From Andalucia godoyi And28 (lineage: Eukaryota; Protista; Jakobida): a stretch of 64,000 nt of DNA. Each line of letters begins with the position of its first letter. The stretch's first letter is position 1. Location: assembly GCA_009859145.1 (NCBI GenBank), contig VRVR01000043.1, forward strand, positions 184,392 to 248,391, written 5' to 3'. The position numbers and the translations under genes were made by a program. Below the pieces are notes generated by a model. The model was not told the origin of the DNA, searched no databases, and was given only the letters and a program-made list of their open reading frames with translations. This document shows, piece after piece, positions 1 through 11,621 of the stretch.

Positions 1-2000
1 CGCAAAAGGCGACAGCCAGCAGAATGAAAAAAAACCAAGGAGAGGAAATAAAACAGGAACTGCCAGGAGGAAAAAACAAGAACCAGCGCTCGTTGTTCGG
101 CGAACAATTTGCTTGCAGATCGCTTTTGCGGAGTCATTCATTCCATTTGCTGCTTCCAAAGCATTTGTGCTCGGCTCACCCGGTTCAACAGATGTGCATA
201 TGTAGGTGAGTCGTGATGCGAGCAAAGCAGGGACAGTTACAACGAGATGTCGGCAAAGACTACTGTTTCGACCGCGACAGGAAATGAATGGCCATCTCGA
301 ATCCTGAAGTCGTTGAAGCTCGGTACTAGAACGGGGGTTACTGCATTCAGCCCATTTGCTGCGAGTATGCTCATACACCGTCGTCGGTTGGTGTCTGCTG
401 TCGGAGCACCCATAGCGATTCCAGTTCGATCATGATTGACGAAGCCATCCCCGGAAGTTTTGCAGCTTCAGTCGCTGATCCGTGAATTGCGAGCGGCTCG
501 GAAGTGCATCGCTTCATCTGCTTACACCGTCGACACGATCACAAGTGGTCACACTGGAACCGCCAATTCGGAACGTCAAGAGCAGCAGCAAATGTTTCCC
601 AGCGCTTCCTCCTTTTTCAGCCTGTCCTCCTTCCCAATTCCGGGCAGCCGCCCCAGCAGATGCGGCTCGCTACATTTTTCGGCGATTCGCGCAACAGATG
701 AAAATCCGAAAAAGTCTCCTTTTGCATCCCATCTTCGCTTGAAATGCTTCCATCCTGATGCTTGGTTTGGAGCGTCCCCGGTCCTCCACGTTCTATCGCC
801 CCTGCTCGTGCTCGTTCTCCTTCGTTGCCTCTTTTGGAGGTGCGTTTTGTCCACGTGTGATCTGCTGCGGTAAATTCCACTCACAGATTCCCTCCCACAC
901 GCCTCTCGTAGGGGGTGGTTCACTTTGTTAACCTTCTTGGCGACTTTGCGGAACAACTGATCCGATTCCCCCACCTCTCTCTTTCCTGGTGGTTGGAACC
1001 CGCATCAATCGAGCGAAATGTCTCTCTCTGCGGAAGATTCTTGCGATTCCACCCGGTAGCCACACCATGCGCCAAAATAGGCGCTCTCCGAGCGCACTGT
1101 AGAAGCAGACCGAGCTACGTTTTTTTTTTCAAAATAAAAAAAATTAAACATTGAATCGTCCACCCCACCTTCCCCTACCCCCACCAACTCGTTGTCGGTT
1201 TTGAGAAACGCATTCGCAAGCAGTCGGCATCACACATTTTTTTTTTTTGCTTCTTCGTGTACTTTTTCCCGCGGACGCGATCGTTTTTTTTCACTTCATG
1301 GACGAAGGATCCCGAACTCTGCGTCCATGCGTATTTTGACGCAAAATGGCCTTTATTCGCTGTTGAAACAAGCAGGATCGGCGACGTCGCCAATGTCAGT
1401 GCGTCTCACGTGACGGAAACGCTGCGCAGAACATTCCTTCTTTTCTCCCCGTTTATTTGTGGCTCGGGCTTTGGTGCGAGCGAGTCTGGCAAAAAACCAA
1501 CAAACAACAAAAAAAATAAAGCAATCATTGATTCAATCTTGTAAGACAGCCTTTCTCGTCGCCATCCCCATCCCATTAGCGGTCTTGGTTCCATGCTCTT
1601 CGTGGTTGCAAAAAGTATCGACCGTAAAGATCGCTGACCCGCCATTTTTTGAATTGGCGCGAATGGACACGCGCCCAAAGGCCTGAAATTCATGCATTCA
1701 GCACGACTCAAACTCGCCCCACAGACCAAACCACGTGTCTCCACATTTTGAATTTCGTGATTGTTATTATTTTTATTATTATTTTGTTTTCTTATTTTTC
1801 GTTGTTTTCTGTTTTTCGTCTGTTTTGTTCAGCTTTCCTTCTTGTTTCTTCTCACACAAGAATAACAACAACAACAACAACAACAGTAACAAAACAAAAC
1901 AAAAGACAACACACACAAAAAAAAAAAAAAGAAAAAAAAGAAAAGAAAAAAAGAACGACAAAGGAGTGAAGGGGGGCGGGGAAAAGCAAAACAAAAGGAG

Positions 2001-5000
2001 ATGATTCCAAACAAGTTTCCTTTGCTTTGTGTTCCCGATGTGCTTTCCACCGTCGACGTCTCTCAACTTCCGGCTCTGAATGCACCGTCTGTCACGGACC
2101 TGTCTGCGCACTCCGAGGTCGTCTTGCATCTTACTGCTTCTGAAGTCGCCTTGCTCCAAGCATCTCTTTCAAAAACAGAGAGTGTGGCAGAGCGCATCGC
2201 GTCCGACATCTCGCTCACTCCAATGTCGGACCACGAAAAGGCACGCGCTGTCTTGCAGTCCGGTGCGGACAAGACAAGCTTATGGATGGCCGTGTTGCCA
2301 GCTCCCAGCAGTAGTTCGTCTGGCTCATCAGAACACAAAAGCAACGAGCCGGCGACTCCTTATACGCCTTCCGACGCCTCTGTCTCGGGTGTTGTAGGCG
2401 CAGTCCCTAAATCCCGTGTTTCTGATTCGGTGAAGCGAATGCTGTTGGCAGACGAGGAAGATCAAGCTTTGAGGAATGCGGGAGGGCACATTCCAGCGGA
2501 GATTGTCGTGGCTTCGGGGCAAGGAAAATGTAAGAAGACGCGCACTTCAAAGCGTCCAAAGCCCGAAAAAGAAGATCCCGCGAAAGAGCTGCGAAACGAT
2601 ACGCTTCAGGTTGCTTCGCTCCCGTGGGATCCAAGCATTTCGACAGAAAAGAATTTTATGCAGCACGAGGGTTCGCTGCGCAAATGGATCAGCGGCACAG
2701 AGCAAGCCCTGCAAGATCTGGCCGTGGCGGCGACAGTAGAACACGACCTGTGGAGCAACATCAGAACGTCGTGCGTGGAACTTCTTACGCGATTCGAGGA
2801 TTTTGTCGAGAAGCTCACAGACTCGTGCACCCTTCTCACGGTTCGTCTGTGCACATTGCTGACCTCTGTGATCAAGTTTCAGATTTTGCACGGCAATGCA
2901 GTTGTTCTCGACCACGAGCTGTCCGTTTTGTTCTCCTCGACGTCAAAGATCTGCATTTTGGTTCGAGAGTTGTGCAGTCTGCCCGAGGAAGATGACAGGA
3001 ATACCGTTTCCCTGAATGATGATGGCCTTGGACCTCCTCCGGCGAAAAAGAAGCGGACAAGTGGACGACCTACCAAGAAGCCTCGTAGTGTTTTTCGCAG
3101 TGACAAGGGTCTCAAGGACATGGCTGCAAGTTTTGAAATTTGCATTGAATCCCTCTGTTTTATTGTCAAATCATGCGCCACTTCCTGGGATAGTTGCATT
3201 TCTTGGCTGGCTTTGATCGACGGCATTGTGTCTCTGTTGTCCATCCCAGACGCATTGTCCTCGCAGTCGGTTCAAACGTTTGTTTCGCTCGTGTCGGAAC
3301 TTCTCGGGAAGTCCTCCGATGAAGAAACACTCGGCTACGCTTCTTCTAAAATTGGACTGGCATGTGCGAGTAGCCCGTCTCCGAAGAAGATACTGCGACC
3401 GATTGTCATCACAACATTCGATGGTCCCGGCAGCATCCAGGTTTTGACAAGCGTAATTCTCCGTTGTATATCGAGCTTTCAACCGACGTTAAGCGATTCC
3501 ACCGTGCATCGTGTGCGCTGTGCAACTATGGACACATCATCCTCTTTGGCGCCAGCCTCTTCACAATCTCCTGACGTCGACACGGTAATGCAGTCATCTG
3601 CTGCATTCCGGGAAGTGTGGCATGATATTTGCTTTTCTCAAAAGAAGATCGTCCAAGTCGCGACCACTATTATCGGATCCTTTTTCGACACTTGCTGGCG
3701 TGAGACCGGGGAAAGAGACACATTGCTTCTTGTTCGGGCGTTCGTTGAAGACGTCTTGGCATGTTTCCGGAGCACCGAATTTTCGGGCGTGTACGTTGCT
3801 CTGCTGACCTGCAATACACTCTTCATGAGCTCTTTTTCGTCCCTGGCACTCGCCACCCGCTTGAGTTCATCTCTGGACATGCTTGCTTTGATACAGTCCA
3901 GCCTATCTCAACTCTCGTCTCGCCTGGATTCGCTGTTCCATCTGCCGAGCTTTTGCATCCCGCGCGACTTTTACATCTCCTCCGCACCCGTATCAACGGA
4001 GACGAAAGAGGATAAACACACGATGTGCCCGGTTTGCCGGTTGAGCCATACGTCCTCTGTGATGGTGCAGTGTGCGGGACCCTGCGGTCGCTGGTACCAC
4101 GGATCGTGCGTGGGTATTGGGGGTGCCATTGTGGACAGTTCTTGGAGCTGCACAGATTGCGCCTCGGTGTCGATCTCCAGGAAGACGCTGCACTCGTTGA
4201 CGAACAGCTCCAGACTCGTGCTATCAAGCCCTTCTCATGTCCGTTTCGGATGCGCATTGGTTGGCACCGTGTTTTCTGCGAGCGACAGGCTGCTGGGACT
4301 GCAGTCTCGTGTGTCGTCGCGGTCGTCGGTACTGGCTGCGCTGACTCAAATGATTGATTTGGATGGCGACGACGCAGCATCCACCGGCGGCAGGGACTGC
4401 ACAGACCACTACGCATCCCATCGACCAGGCAACATGTACCTTCATTCCTTCATGTCCCCCGGCGCGATTGTTCGGGCATTTGTCGATTGTTTCCCCGACA
4501 GCTCGAAGACCAGTGGAGTTGCTTTTTCCAGCGCATTCACGTGGCCCGTTGGTATTCTCCTGCCTTTCTTGGTTTTGAACACCCACGGCTCCCCTCTGCT
4601 GCTGCAAGAATCAGTCATTGACATTTTGATTCGAGCATTCCTGACGGAGGAGCTCAAGAACGTTCGTGTGAAGGCGTTCGAGGCTGTGCGGGTCATTGCA
4701 TCGGCGAATCCTTCACTCTTTCGCGCGCCCAAGGTTGTCAATGTATTGGAGAATGGGCTCAGGGATAAGAATGCGCATATTCGCCGATCCGCGATTCACT
4801 TCCTCAATTCGCTATTGGATTCCAATCCTTCGTTGCTGGAACTGTACTTGAAACAGCTCTTTGTGTTGATCGAAGATGACGGTATCTTGGTCCGGAAGAC
4901 GGGACTCTCCATTCTTGCCGCTGCGCTCGCGCGCTCAAACTTGGAAGATGCGCGAATGACGGAGATCCTTTCGCGGCTGTGCTTGATTTTATCGATGAGT

Positions 5001-7496
5001 GATCGACGCGTTCGAGGAGTGTCAGCAGTGTCTGCTGATCACACATATGGAAATCTTGTTTTGGACATGTTGATTCTTGTTTTGTTTGATTGCAAGACGG
5101 TCGAAGGCAATCCAGGTCCTCGAACCTTTTCCCGTGTCCTGCTTGCGGTCACCGAGACTGCAGACTCGATCAAGATGTGGAAAGGAGAGGGGCAGTTAAG
5201 ATCAACTTGGATCTACAGATTGTTCGAGGCAGTGGTCCGAAAGAATGAGTTGTTCCTTGTTGGCTTGAAGGCCGATGCTCTCAAGTGCGTCTCGCAAGCC
5301 ATCAAAAACGGGCTGACGCGAGCCGAGGACGATTGCAAGACGCTGCTTCATGTGCTGCTTATTCTTCAGTACAGCGTTATTGCCTCGCCCCGGTTATGCA
5401 CCGTCGCAGATGCCGAAGTGCTCATTCAGGCTCTTGATCGCATCACCCCTTCCAAAGGCAAATCGAGAACAGAAAATCCAGACGGAGTCATCAGCAACGC
5501 CGTTCGCGACTTGACAGACAACACAGTGGCGCTCATTTGCTGCATGCTTCACAGACTATTCAATTCTGTTCCGATTGATCAGCCTTTAGCCCAGCGAATC
5601 CAGTCGATTCTCCAACGAGTCATCCTCTCTTCGGGGCATCCGGACGTTTGTCTCCCTGCGGTTCGTGCGTTTTCTGTGCTGTTGAGAACGTTTCCGTCTC
5701 AATTCTATGGTACCGCACGAGGACTTCTGGAGCAGTTTGGAGGTTTCCTGAAGAACAGTGTCGGAAAACACGATTCCAAACCTGTGACAGTGATGAGATG
5801 TCTCAGCACACTCGGGTTGCTTGTACGGCACATCGATTTCGACGATGAATTTGCCGCACTGTGGAATTCGCAAACTGTTTCCAATTCTCCATTTGTGCAA
5901 GGCAGCGTGCTTCCTATTTCGCTCCATCTCGTGCGTCCATTTGTGAAGGACCCCAGACCGGGGGTTCGAGCCTATGCGATTCAAGCACTCGGTGCATTCT
6001 TGATTCGCTCGCCTCGCAGTTTCGTTCAGTCCAAAGAACACTGGGATTTGTTCTCGAGCGGCTTTGCAGATCCAGATGTCCATGTGCAAAATGCGTTTAT
6101 CTCGTCTCTTCACGACTTTTTCTGTGACGAGGATGATAAGATTTTCGCCCATCATGCAGATTTTGGAGGAGGCGAAGAAGTCGGGGAGCAGGAGCTGCAG
6201 CACTCCCGTGTCAACAGTGAATCCGGAGTGTCTGTGTCGATTATGAACAGCTGTCTTCCGCATGTGCTGTCCTTCATGCTGCACAAAATTCCGCAAGTTC
6301 GGTTGTGCGCGTTCCAGTTGATGAAAACTGCTGTGGAGCAGCGGCTTGTCATGCCGCAGAAATGTGCTTCGCACTGCGTTGCTGCACTGTGCGATCGACT
6401 GGATCGCATTGCCGAGTCAGCACCAAGAGTCGTGTCCATGCTTCCTGAAGATGCTTTCCACCCACAGAGTCTCGTACTTGGAGTGGAGCTGGCTTTCAGA
6501 ACGCACTGGGCTGCATGCGAGCCGAAGAAGCTGGTTTCGGGGTTTCGAACAGGCAACACGCCTCAGCCGCTATCTCTGCTCGACGTCCTCTTCCAACCGG
6601 GATTGAAGGACGTCGTTTTCAAACGAAAGCAGCTCTTGAAAAGCTTCTTCTCGATGTACATCTCACGCTTGTCGTCGATTTGCCAGGAGTCGCCAAATGC
6701 GTGTTCCCCCGACGAGGCGTTCAATCGTGTTCTGTTCATGATGCACATCTTGTCGTACCTTCCGTTCAGCTCAATGGAAGAGCCCATTCATATTTTGCAC
6801 GAAGTACAGCACGTCTTCTCCGCGCAAGTGGTCGAAGCACTTGAGCTTTCGGATGGCTCGGAGTGTCTCGATCGCCTGGACACTCCTGGCAAGCTGGGTC
6901 TGTTGGTGAGATTGGTATGCACTTCTGTCGTATTACACGGCGCATCCGCGCTTCGTTCCCGGTACGGTGTTTCCGTGGAGCAGATTGAAGTGTATTCAAA
7001 CTCGAAGTCACTAGTCGGACTAGAGAAGATACCCTCGTTGAATGTTTCCTCTAGCATCCTTTTTCACCTGGGAGGGCTCGAAAAGTTTGTCGCATTCTTT
7101 GGCCACCAGCAGCCGGCTTCCGAGCTTGCGAGCGCAGATCTTTCCGAACTGCTTTCCAATGCACACAGTCTTCTTGATCGATTGCAAACGGATATGCTTA
7201 TTGGCCGCTCTGATTTGTCGTTTCATACGCATGGAATTGCTCTTCGAAAACTTCCAGTGCGCAAGCGATCTGCTACAAATCGACGAAAACGCAAAATTCG
7301 GCAAATCAAAGAAACAGCAGAATACGACGACGACGACTACGAAGACGATGACGACGATGATGATGACGACGACGACGACGACGACGATGATGATGAAGAC
7401 GGCAACGACGGATATCCAGATGAAGATGGCAAAGCTGCAGAGGACGCCAACGACGACGAAGAAACGTCTTTTAATGACAACGGTAAGCGAACGTGA
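2001..7496 (+). CDS. NIPBL: Cohesin loader Scc2/NIPBL (HEAT repeats, Nipped-B C-terminal region) with internal PHD finger and acidic C-terminal tail
   Basis: Uninterrupted 1831-aa ORF from ATG 2001. HEAT-like segments (VRVKAFEAVRVI..., LRDKNAHIRRSAIHFL). ESGVSVSIMNSCLPHVL...VRLCAFQLMKTAVEQRLVMPQKC parallels NIPBL DSGIASSIMQLYLKQVL...GLIHPVQC. C4HC3 finger at 4026-4160. Confidence 0.92.
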   Translation: MIPNKFPLLCVPDVLSTVDVSQLPALNAPSVTDLSAHSEVVLHLTASEVALLQASLSKTESVAERIASDISLTPMSDHEKARAVLQSGADKTSLWMAVLPAPSSSSSGSSEHKSNEPATPYTPSDASVSGVVGAVPKSRVSDSVKRMLLADEEDQALRNAGGHIPAEIVVASGQGKCKKTRTSKRPKPEKEDPAKELRNDTLQVASLPWDPSISTEKNFMQHEGSLRKWISGTEQALQDLAVAATVEHDLWSNIRTSCVELLTRFEDFVEKLTDSCTLLTVRLCTLLTSVIKFQILHGNAVVLDHELSVLFSSTSKICILVRELCSLPEEDDRNTVSLNDDGLGPPPAKKKRTSGRPTKKPRSVFRSDKGLKDMAASFEICIESLCFIVKSCATSWDSCISWLALIDGIVSLLSIPDALSSQSVQTFVSLVSELLGKSSDEETLGYASSKIGLACASSPSPKKILRPIVITTFDGPGSIQVLTSVILRCISSFQPTLSDSTVHRVRCATMDTSSSLAPASSQSPDVDTVMQSSAAFREVWHDICFSQKKIVQVATTIIGSFFDTCWRETGERDTLLLVRAFVEDVLACFRSTEFSGVYVALLTCNTLFMSSFSSLALATRLSSSLDMLALIQSSLSQLSSRLDSLFHLPSFCIPRDFYISSAPVSTETKEDKHTMCPVCRLSHTSSVMVQCAGPCGRWYHGSCVGIGGAIVDSSWSCTDCASVSISRKTLHSLTNSSRLVLSSPSHVRFGCALVGTVFSASDRLLGLQSRVSSRSSVLAALTQMIDLDGDDAASTGGRDCTDHYASHRPGNMYLHSFMSPGAIVRAFVDCFPDSSKTSGVAFSSAFTWPVGILLPFLVLNTHGSPLLLQESVIDILIRAFLTEELKNVRVKAFEAVRVIASANPSLFRAPKVVNVLENGLRDKNAHIRRSAIHFLNSLLDSNPSLLELYLKQLFVLIEDDGILVRKTGLSILAAALARSNLEDARMTEILSRLCLILSMSDRRVRGVSAVSADHTYGNLVLDMLILVLFDCKTVEGNPGPRTFSRVLLAVTETADSIKMWKGEGQLRSTWIYRLFEAVVRKNELFLVGLKADALKCVSQAIKNGLTRAEDDCKTLLHVLLILQYSVIASPRLCTVADAEVLIQALDRITPSKGKSRTENPDGVISNAVRDLTDNTVALICCMLHRLFNSVPIDQPLAQRIQSILQRVILSSGHPDVCLPAVRAFSVLLRTFPSQFYGTARGLLEQFGGFLKNSVGKHDSKPVTVMRCLSTLGLLVRHIDFDDEFAALWNSQTVSNSPFVQGSVLPISLHLVRPFVKDPRPGVRAYAIQALGAFLIRSPRSFVQSKEHWDLFSSGFADPDVHVQNAFISSLHDFFCDEDDKIFAHHADFGGGEEVGEQELQHSRVNSESGVSVSIMNSCLPHVLSFMLHKIPQVRLCAFQLMKTAVEQRLVMPQKCASHCVAALCDRLDRIAESAPRVVSMLPEDAFHPQSLVLGVELAFRTHWAACEPKKLVSGFRTGNTPQPLSLLDVLFQPGLKDVVFKRKQLLKSFFSMYISRLSSICQESPNACSPDEAFNRVLFMMHILSYLPFSSMEEPIHILHEVQHVFSAQVVEALELSDGSECLDRLDTPGKLGLLVRLVCTSVVLHGASALRSRYGVSVEQIEVYSNSKSLVGLEKIPSLNVSSSILFHLGGLEKFVAFFGHQQPASELASADLSELLSNAHSLLDRLQTDMLIGRSDLSFHTHGIALRKLPVRKRSATNRRKRKIRQIKETAEYDDDDYEDDDDDDDDDDDDDDDDDEDGNDGYPDEDGKAAEDANDDEETSFNDNGKRT
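7324..7400 (+). repeat. (GAC/GAT)n coding microsatellite giving the poly-Asp tail of Scc2
   Basis: Run of gac/gat codons translating as DDDDYEDDDDDDDDDDDDDDDDED. Confidence 0.9.
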
Positions 7497-8338
7497 TTCT
7501 CGGATGACACCAGCGCCGCGTCGCTTTCTGTGAAACCTGTATAGTGAAAAGATTATCCTTCACCCGCGCGATAGCCCCTTGCTTTTCCATTCTTCTCCAG
7601 TTCCTTGGATGGATGCGACTGTGCGATCCGCCGCCAGCAGGCTCGGACCTTTCCCCACGCTTCCACGTGTTTTTGCTTTTTTTGCGGGATGCAAGCTGAT
7701 TTTGAATCCAGCGACAGCCAGGCTGGACTGTGCGGGTGGTGTCTGCGCTTGGATCCTGGAGGAGCATTCGTTACCTCAATGCGTGCAGATTCCTCGTGGA
7801 TACAAGCAATGTTTCTAGCGACGATTACCAGACGCCATCACTGGCCATCAGTGCTCTTTCAGTGCTCTATCGCTTCCTCGTTGCGACTTCTCCATGTTCC
7901 AGTGTGGTCGATTGCCTGCTGCGACGACGTTTGCTCGGTGTTGCCACCAAGTGGATAAACGATGTGGTCCTGCTCGCATGCGGACCAATCGACGCGCCAT
8001 CGGAACGAGTCGACGGAATTGCGTGCAGATTGGAGCACCCTGTGGTCTGCTGCTCACCCTCCCCCCCTCCCCCCTTCCCCTCTCCCCCCCCTTCTCCCCC
8101 TCTCCTCTTCCTCTGATTGAGGTGACATGTTTTGGGAGATTTTCCACCTCGGGGGAAAAACCGAAAGCAAAACGAGACGTGCCGTATCCCCAGATTCGCC
8201 TTCGTATCTCCTGCCGTCCTCCTTTCGTCCTTCACCCTTCTTTTTTAAAAAATAATATTAACGCGTCTTTCTGCTAGCGGAATTTCTTCGTCTGTATTGT
8301 CAATAACGGAATTTCCAATCTTGCGGGTTGGTTAGCAA

Positions 8339-10664
8339 ATGTCGTTTCCTCCACTGGTATGTTTCGTGTTGTTATAATTCCAACGCATTTTCGTCACAAC
8401 CGACTTTCTTCTCGTTCTTTCGGGGGAAGAAAGGAAAAAAAAGAAAAAAATTATAATTATGATAAGCCAACTCTCATTCTCATGTACTCTCACTCGCTCA
8501 CTTCCTCTCTCTTGTTTTTGTCCATATCCAGGGTATTAATTTGAATTTGCTGCAGCCCAATGCGAGCTCTTCTTTCGGTCTGAGCCCAGCGGACGGCGTG
8601 TCGAACTCGCCTCACCAGGATACCACGGGTTCAGGAACACCGATTTGGCAGCGGCGGTTGTCGGCATCTGTGCGAAGCAATGAGACTTTTCTGAAGCTGA
8701 AAATTGACTCGGATGAGATGGAGGTTCCGCCACCTCAGCCGCAGCACCATCACCATCACCAGCACCAGCACCAGCACCAGCACCAGCACCAGCACCAACA
8801 GCAGCATCAATATCAGCAACAAAATCAGCATCAACATCAGCAACAAAATCAGCATCAACATCTGCATCCGCATGGGCATCCTCTGTCGTCCATCGTGTCA
8901 CCAGGAAACAACACCTCCATCGGGGTCAATGGCGCCGTTCTGCATAATAGTAGCGCGTCTGCAGCACATGCGCATTTGGGCTACCAATCTCCTACCACCG
9001 CTGCTGGACTGCAGTTTCTGAGTCCGAAACATTTTGCAAATCTGTCTCTGTGCTCCCCGACCGGTTCCGACTCGTCTGTGGATTCCGTCGGGTCGTTCCT
9101 TTCTCCTTCTTCATTCCAAGCGGCCAGTTTGCTCAACCCTATGAATTCTTGGTTTATTGCAGGGTGGGATCGATCCGAAGCGGTCTTTTCGCCGCAGCAA
9201 GGCCATTCAGGTGTTACAGATGCACATGCAGTGCAGTGGATGCAGCTAGCCGCAGCAGTCCAGCAGCAACAACAACAACAGCAACAGCAGCAGCAGCAGC
9301 AGCAGCAACAACAACAGGAACAACAGCAGCAACAACAACAGCAGCAATATTATCAGCGTCAGCATGAACAACTGTTGCAGCAACATGTTCCGCAGCAGGT
9401 GCAGCAACAAGCACAGCAAGAGCAGTATCATCCGACAATGCAGAGTCGGTTGTCGCGTGATTCTGCAGTGGAGGACGAAGATGCATTTTTGAACATTCCG
9501 GAAGCGACTCCACAAGGAGGTCCGACCACTGAGCTGTTTGTTCCTCCACTTTCGAGCCTAGAGTACGGATTACCCGGGTCTGAGCCGATGCATCCAGCGC
9601 AGCAAACGGACTCGTTCCAGAGTTTTTTCGACACTCTTGCTTCTTCCCATTTAGAGATTGACTCGCAGCGCGAAAGCTTGGTGATTCCTCCTGTGCTGTC
9701 CGCACAAGCTCGCGCAAGATCAAAGTCCGGGGGATCGCGGATGGTCACGTCTGCTTCTGCACTGGAAGCCATGCAGGATGTGCCGCAGGTCGCGGAAAAT
9801 GCAGGCAGCTTCCATGAAACAACTCCTTCGCGCCGGGCCCATTCAGGGCCAGCTTTGGATCGCGCAAGTTCGGAAGACGGAATGGCGACGATGATGCATC
9901 ACGATACACACACGAGTTCCGTGTCCTTCCAAATTCCTGCGTCCACTTCGTCCCATTCTCCGGCAAGCGGGGTGTTTTCCAACACGCGACCGTCTTCCCA
10001 GTCCATCGGAGGCCGAGTCTGGCGCGTCGAATTCAGCGTACCAGACTTTGATGCCTCAAAGTACCTGTATTTTGAGCTGCGCACTCTGAAGTCGCTGTTC
10101 CCCGTGTTTCCAGACGTCCTGTACACCCGACGACGGTACAAGCTCTCCGTGTCGATCACGCTTCCGAACTTCGGCCGCGTTCCAAACCTCGTCATGCTGT
10201 TTGGAATTGTCGATTCAACTGTGAAGTATACATGTGATGACATTATTCCCCGAACAGGCGCGTATGTCGATGAGCATGGAAGCGCCTGTTTTAAGCTCTT
10301 TTTACGCAAGAAGAAGTCGTCTCTCTCTGGCAACGCGTCGACAGCCACCACCATCTCTTCTTCTTCAGCCGCATCCACGGCAACGAACACTCCCGTTACG
10401 AATGCTACTAATTCTTCGTCAATGCCAACTGCGACCACCGGCTCGAATCCCAGCATGTCGCCTGCCGCCGACGTTTCGCCAATCCCCGTCAGTCCGACTT
10501 CCATTGCAAGCACCGAGTACCGGCTGTACATTGCCCTCGGCTTTGCTCGGCCTGAAATGCCGCTCACCGAGCAGTGTGTCCCCGCCGTCAGCGAACTACA
10601 GTCCGTCGCAGCTCTCGCCACCTCTCCGCCATTTCGCATCGTCCAAGCCCTCGTCGCCGAGTAG
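8339..10664 (+). CDS. Gln/His-rich protein with C-terminal beta-rich domain, putative transcription factor; predicted exons 8339-8356 and 8532-10664
   Basis: The listed ORF starts at a TTG (8541). Upstream ATG TCG TTT CCT CCA CTG is followed by GTATGT (8357). A pyrimidine tract ends in CAG (8531) and joins in frame (MSFPPL|GINLNLLQP). Poly-Q/HQ tracts are followed by a globular C-terminal ~200 aa. Without the intron, the first in-frame ATG is 8718. Confidence 0.75.
8357..8531 (+). other. Predicted spliceosomal intron (175 nt, phase 0)
   Basis: GTATGT donor, AT-rich body with an in-frame stop (TAA 8463), CTCAC branch-like motif, pyrimidine tract and CAG acceptor. Removal gives an in-frame ATG. 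Confidence 0.7.
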
Positions 10665-11097
10665 CAGCGGCACCACGCCGTACATATGCGCTTCCCCCCG
10701 GTGTCACAACTCCCAGACTACTGCTACATAAAAAACATAAATACCAAATAATAAAATAAGTTAAAAACATGGAGAGAGAATAACTTCTGTAGTGCGGAAG
10801 TTGCAAAAAATAAAGTAAATTAATTACACAAAAAACGTGTCACTGAGTGTCATGTCACCACCACCCCTTGCATTTTTTTTTTTGGCTCAGTCAGTCATAC
10901 TGTCAGTTCTGTCATTCCTTGAGTCGCCCTCTGTTTTCTGAAATTGTCGTGTCTCCGCATTTTTCCCGGTTTTTCCAACTTTTCCGCTTTTTCCGTCTTT
11001 GCTTTTTCTTCATCTTGTTTTTCTCGTCTTGATGATTTCAGCGGCTCGCTACTTGGTAAAAAGACGGGCTGCAGGTTTCGCGGGTCACTAGTAAGCG

Positions 11098-11554
11098 ATG
11101 GCACAGTACAGTACGACCGCGGGGTACTTGGCGGTGGTGACGGCGATTCTATTTTTCGGGTCTTTTGCGACGCCGCTGAAGAGAAAGTCGGTTGTGAAGC
11201 TGCATGTGGACCCGCTTGTGATGCAGCTCTACATGATGGTTTCGATCTTCCTGTGCAACTGGCTGTCGCTAGCAGCCGACCCCAACTTTGAGTTTTCCGT
11301 GTTTGGCTTCTACTCGGCAGCAATGTGGGTTCCGGGAAACGTGTTTGCAGTGCTCGCAATCCGATTTCTCGGTCTCGGAGTCGCCCAGGGAACCTGGTCT
11401 GGGCTCATCATGCTCGTGTCGTTTGTCTGGGGAGTCACGGCCTTTGGACAAACTGTCAAGTCAGTCGTAGGGGCAGTATTTGGCCTGTTTCTGCTGGTTG
11501 CCGGTGCCGCTGGTCTTGGCATGGTTCCCTCTGACCCGTCCACATCCTCATCTG

Positions 11555-11621
<67 letters not shown>

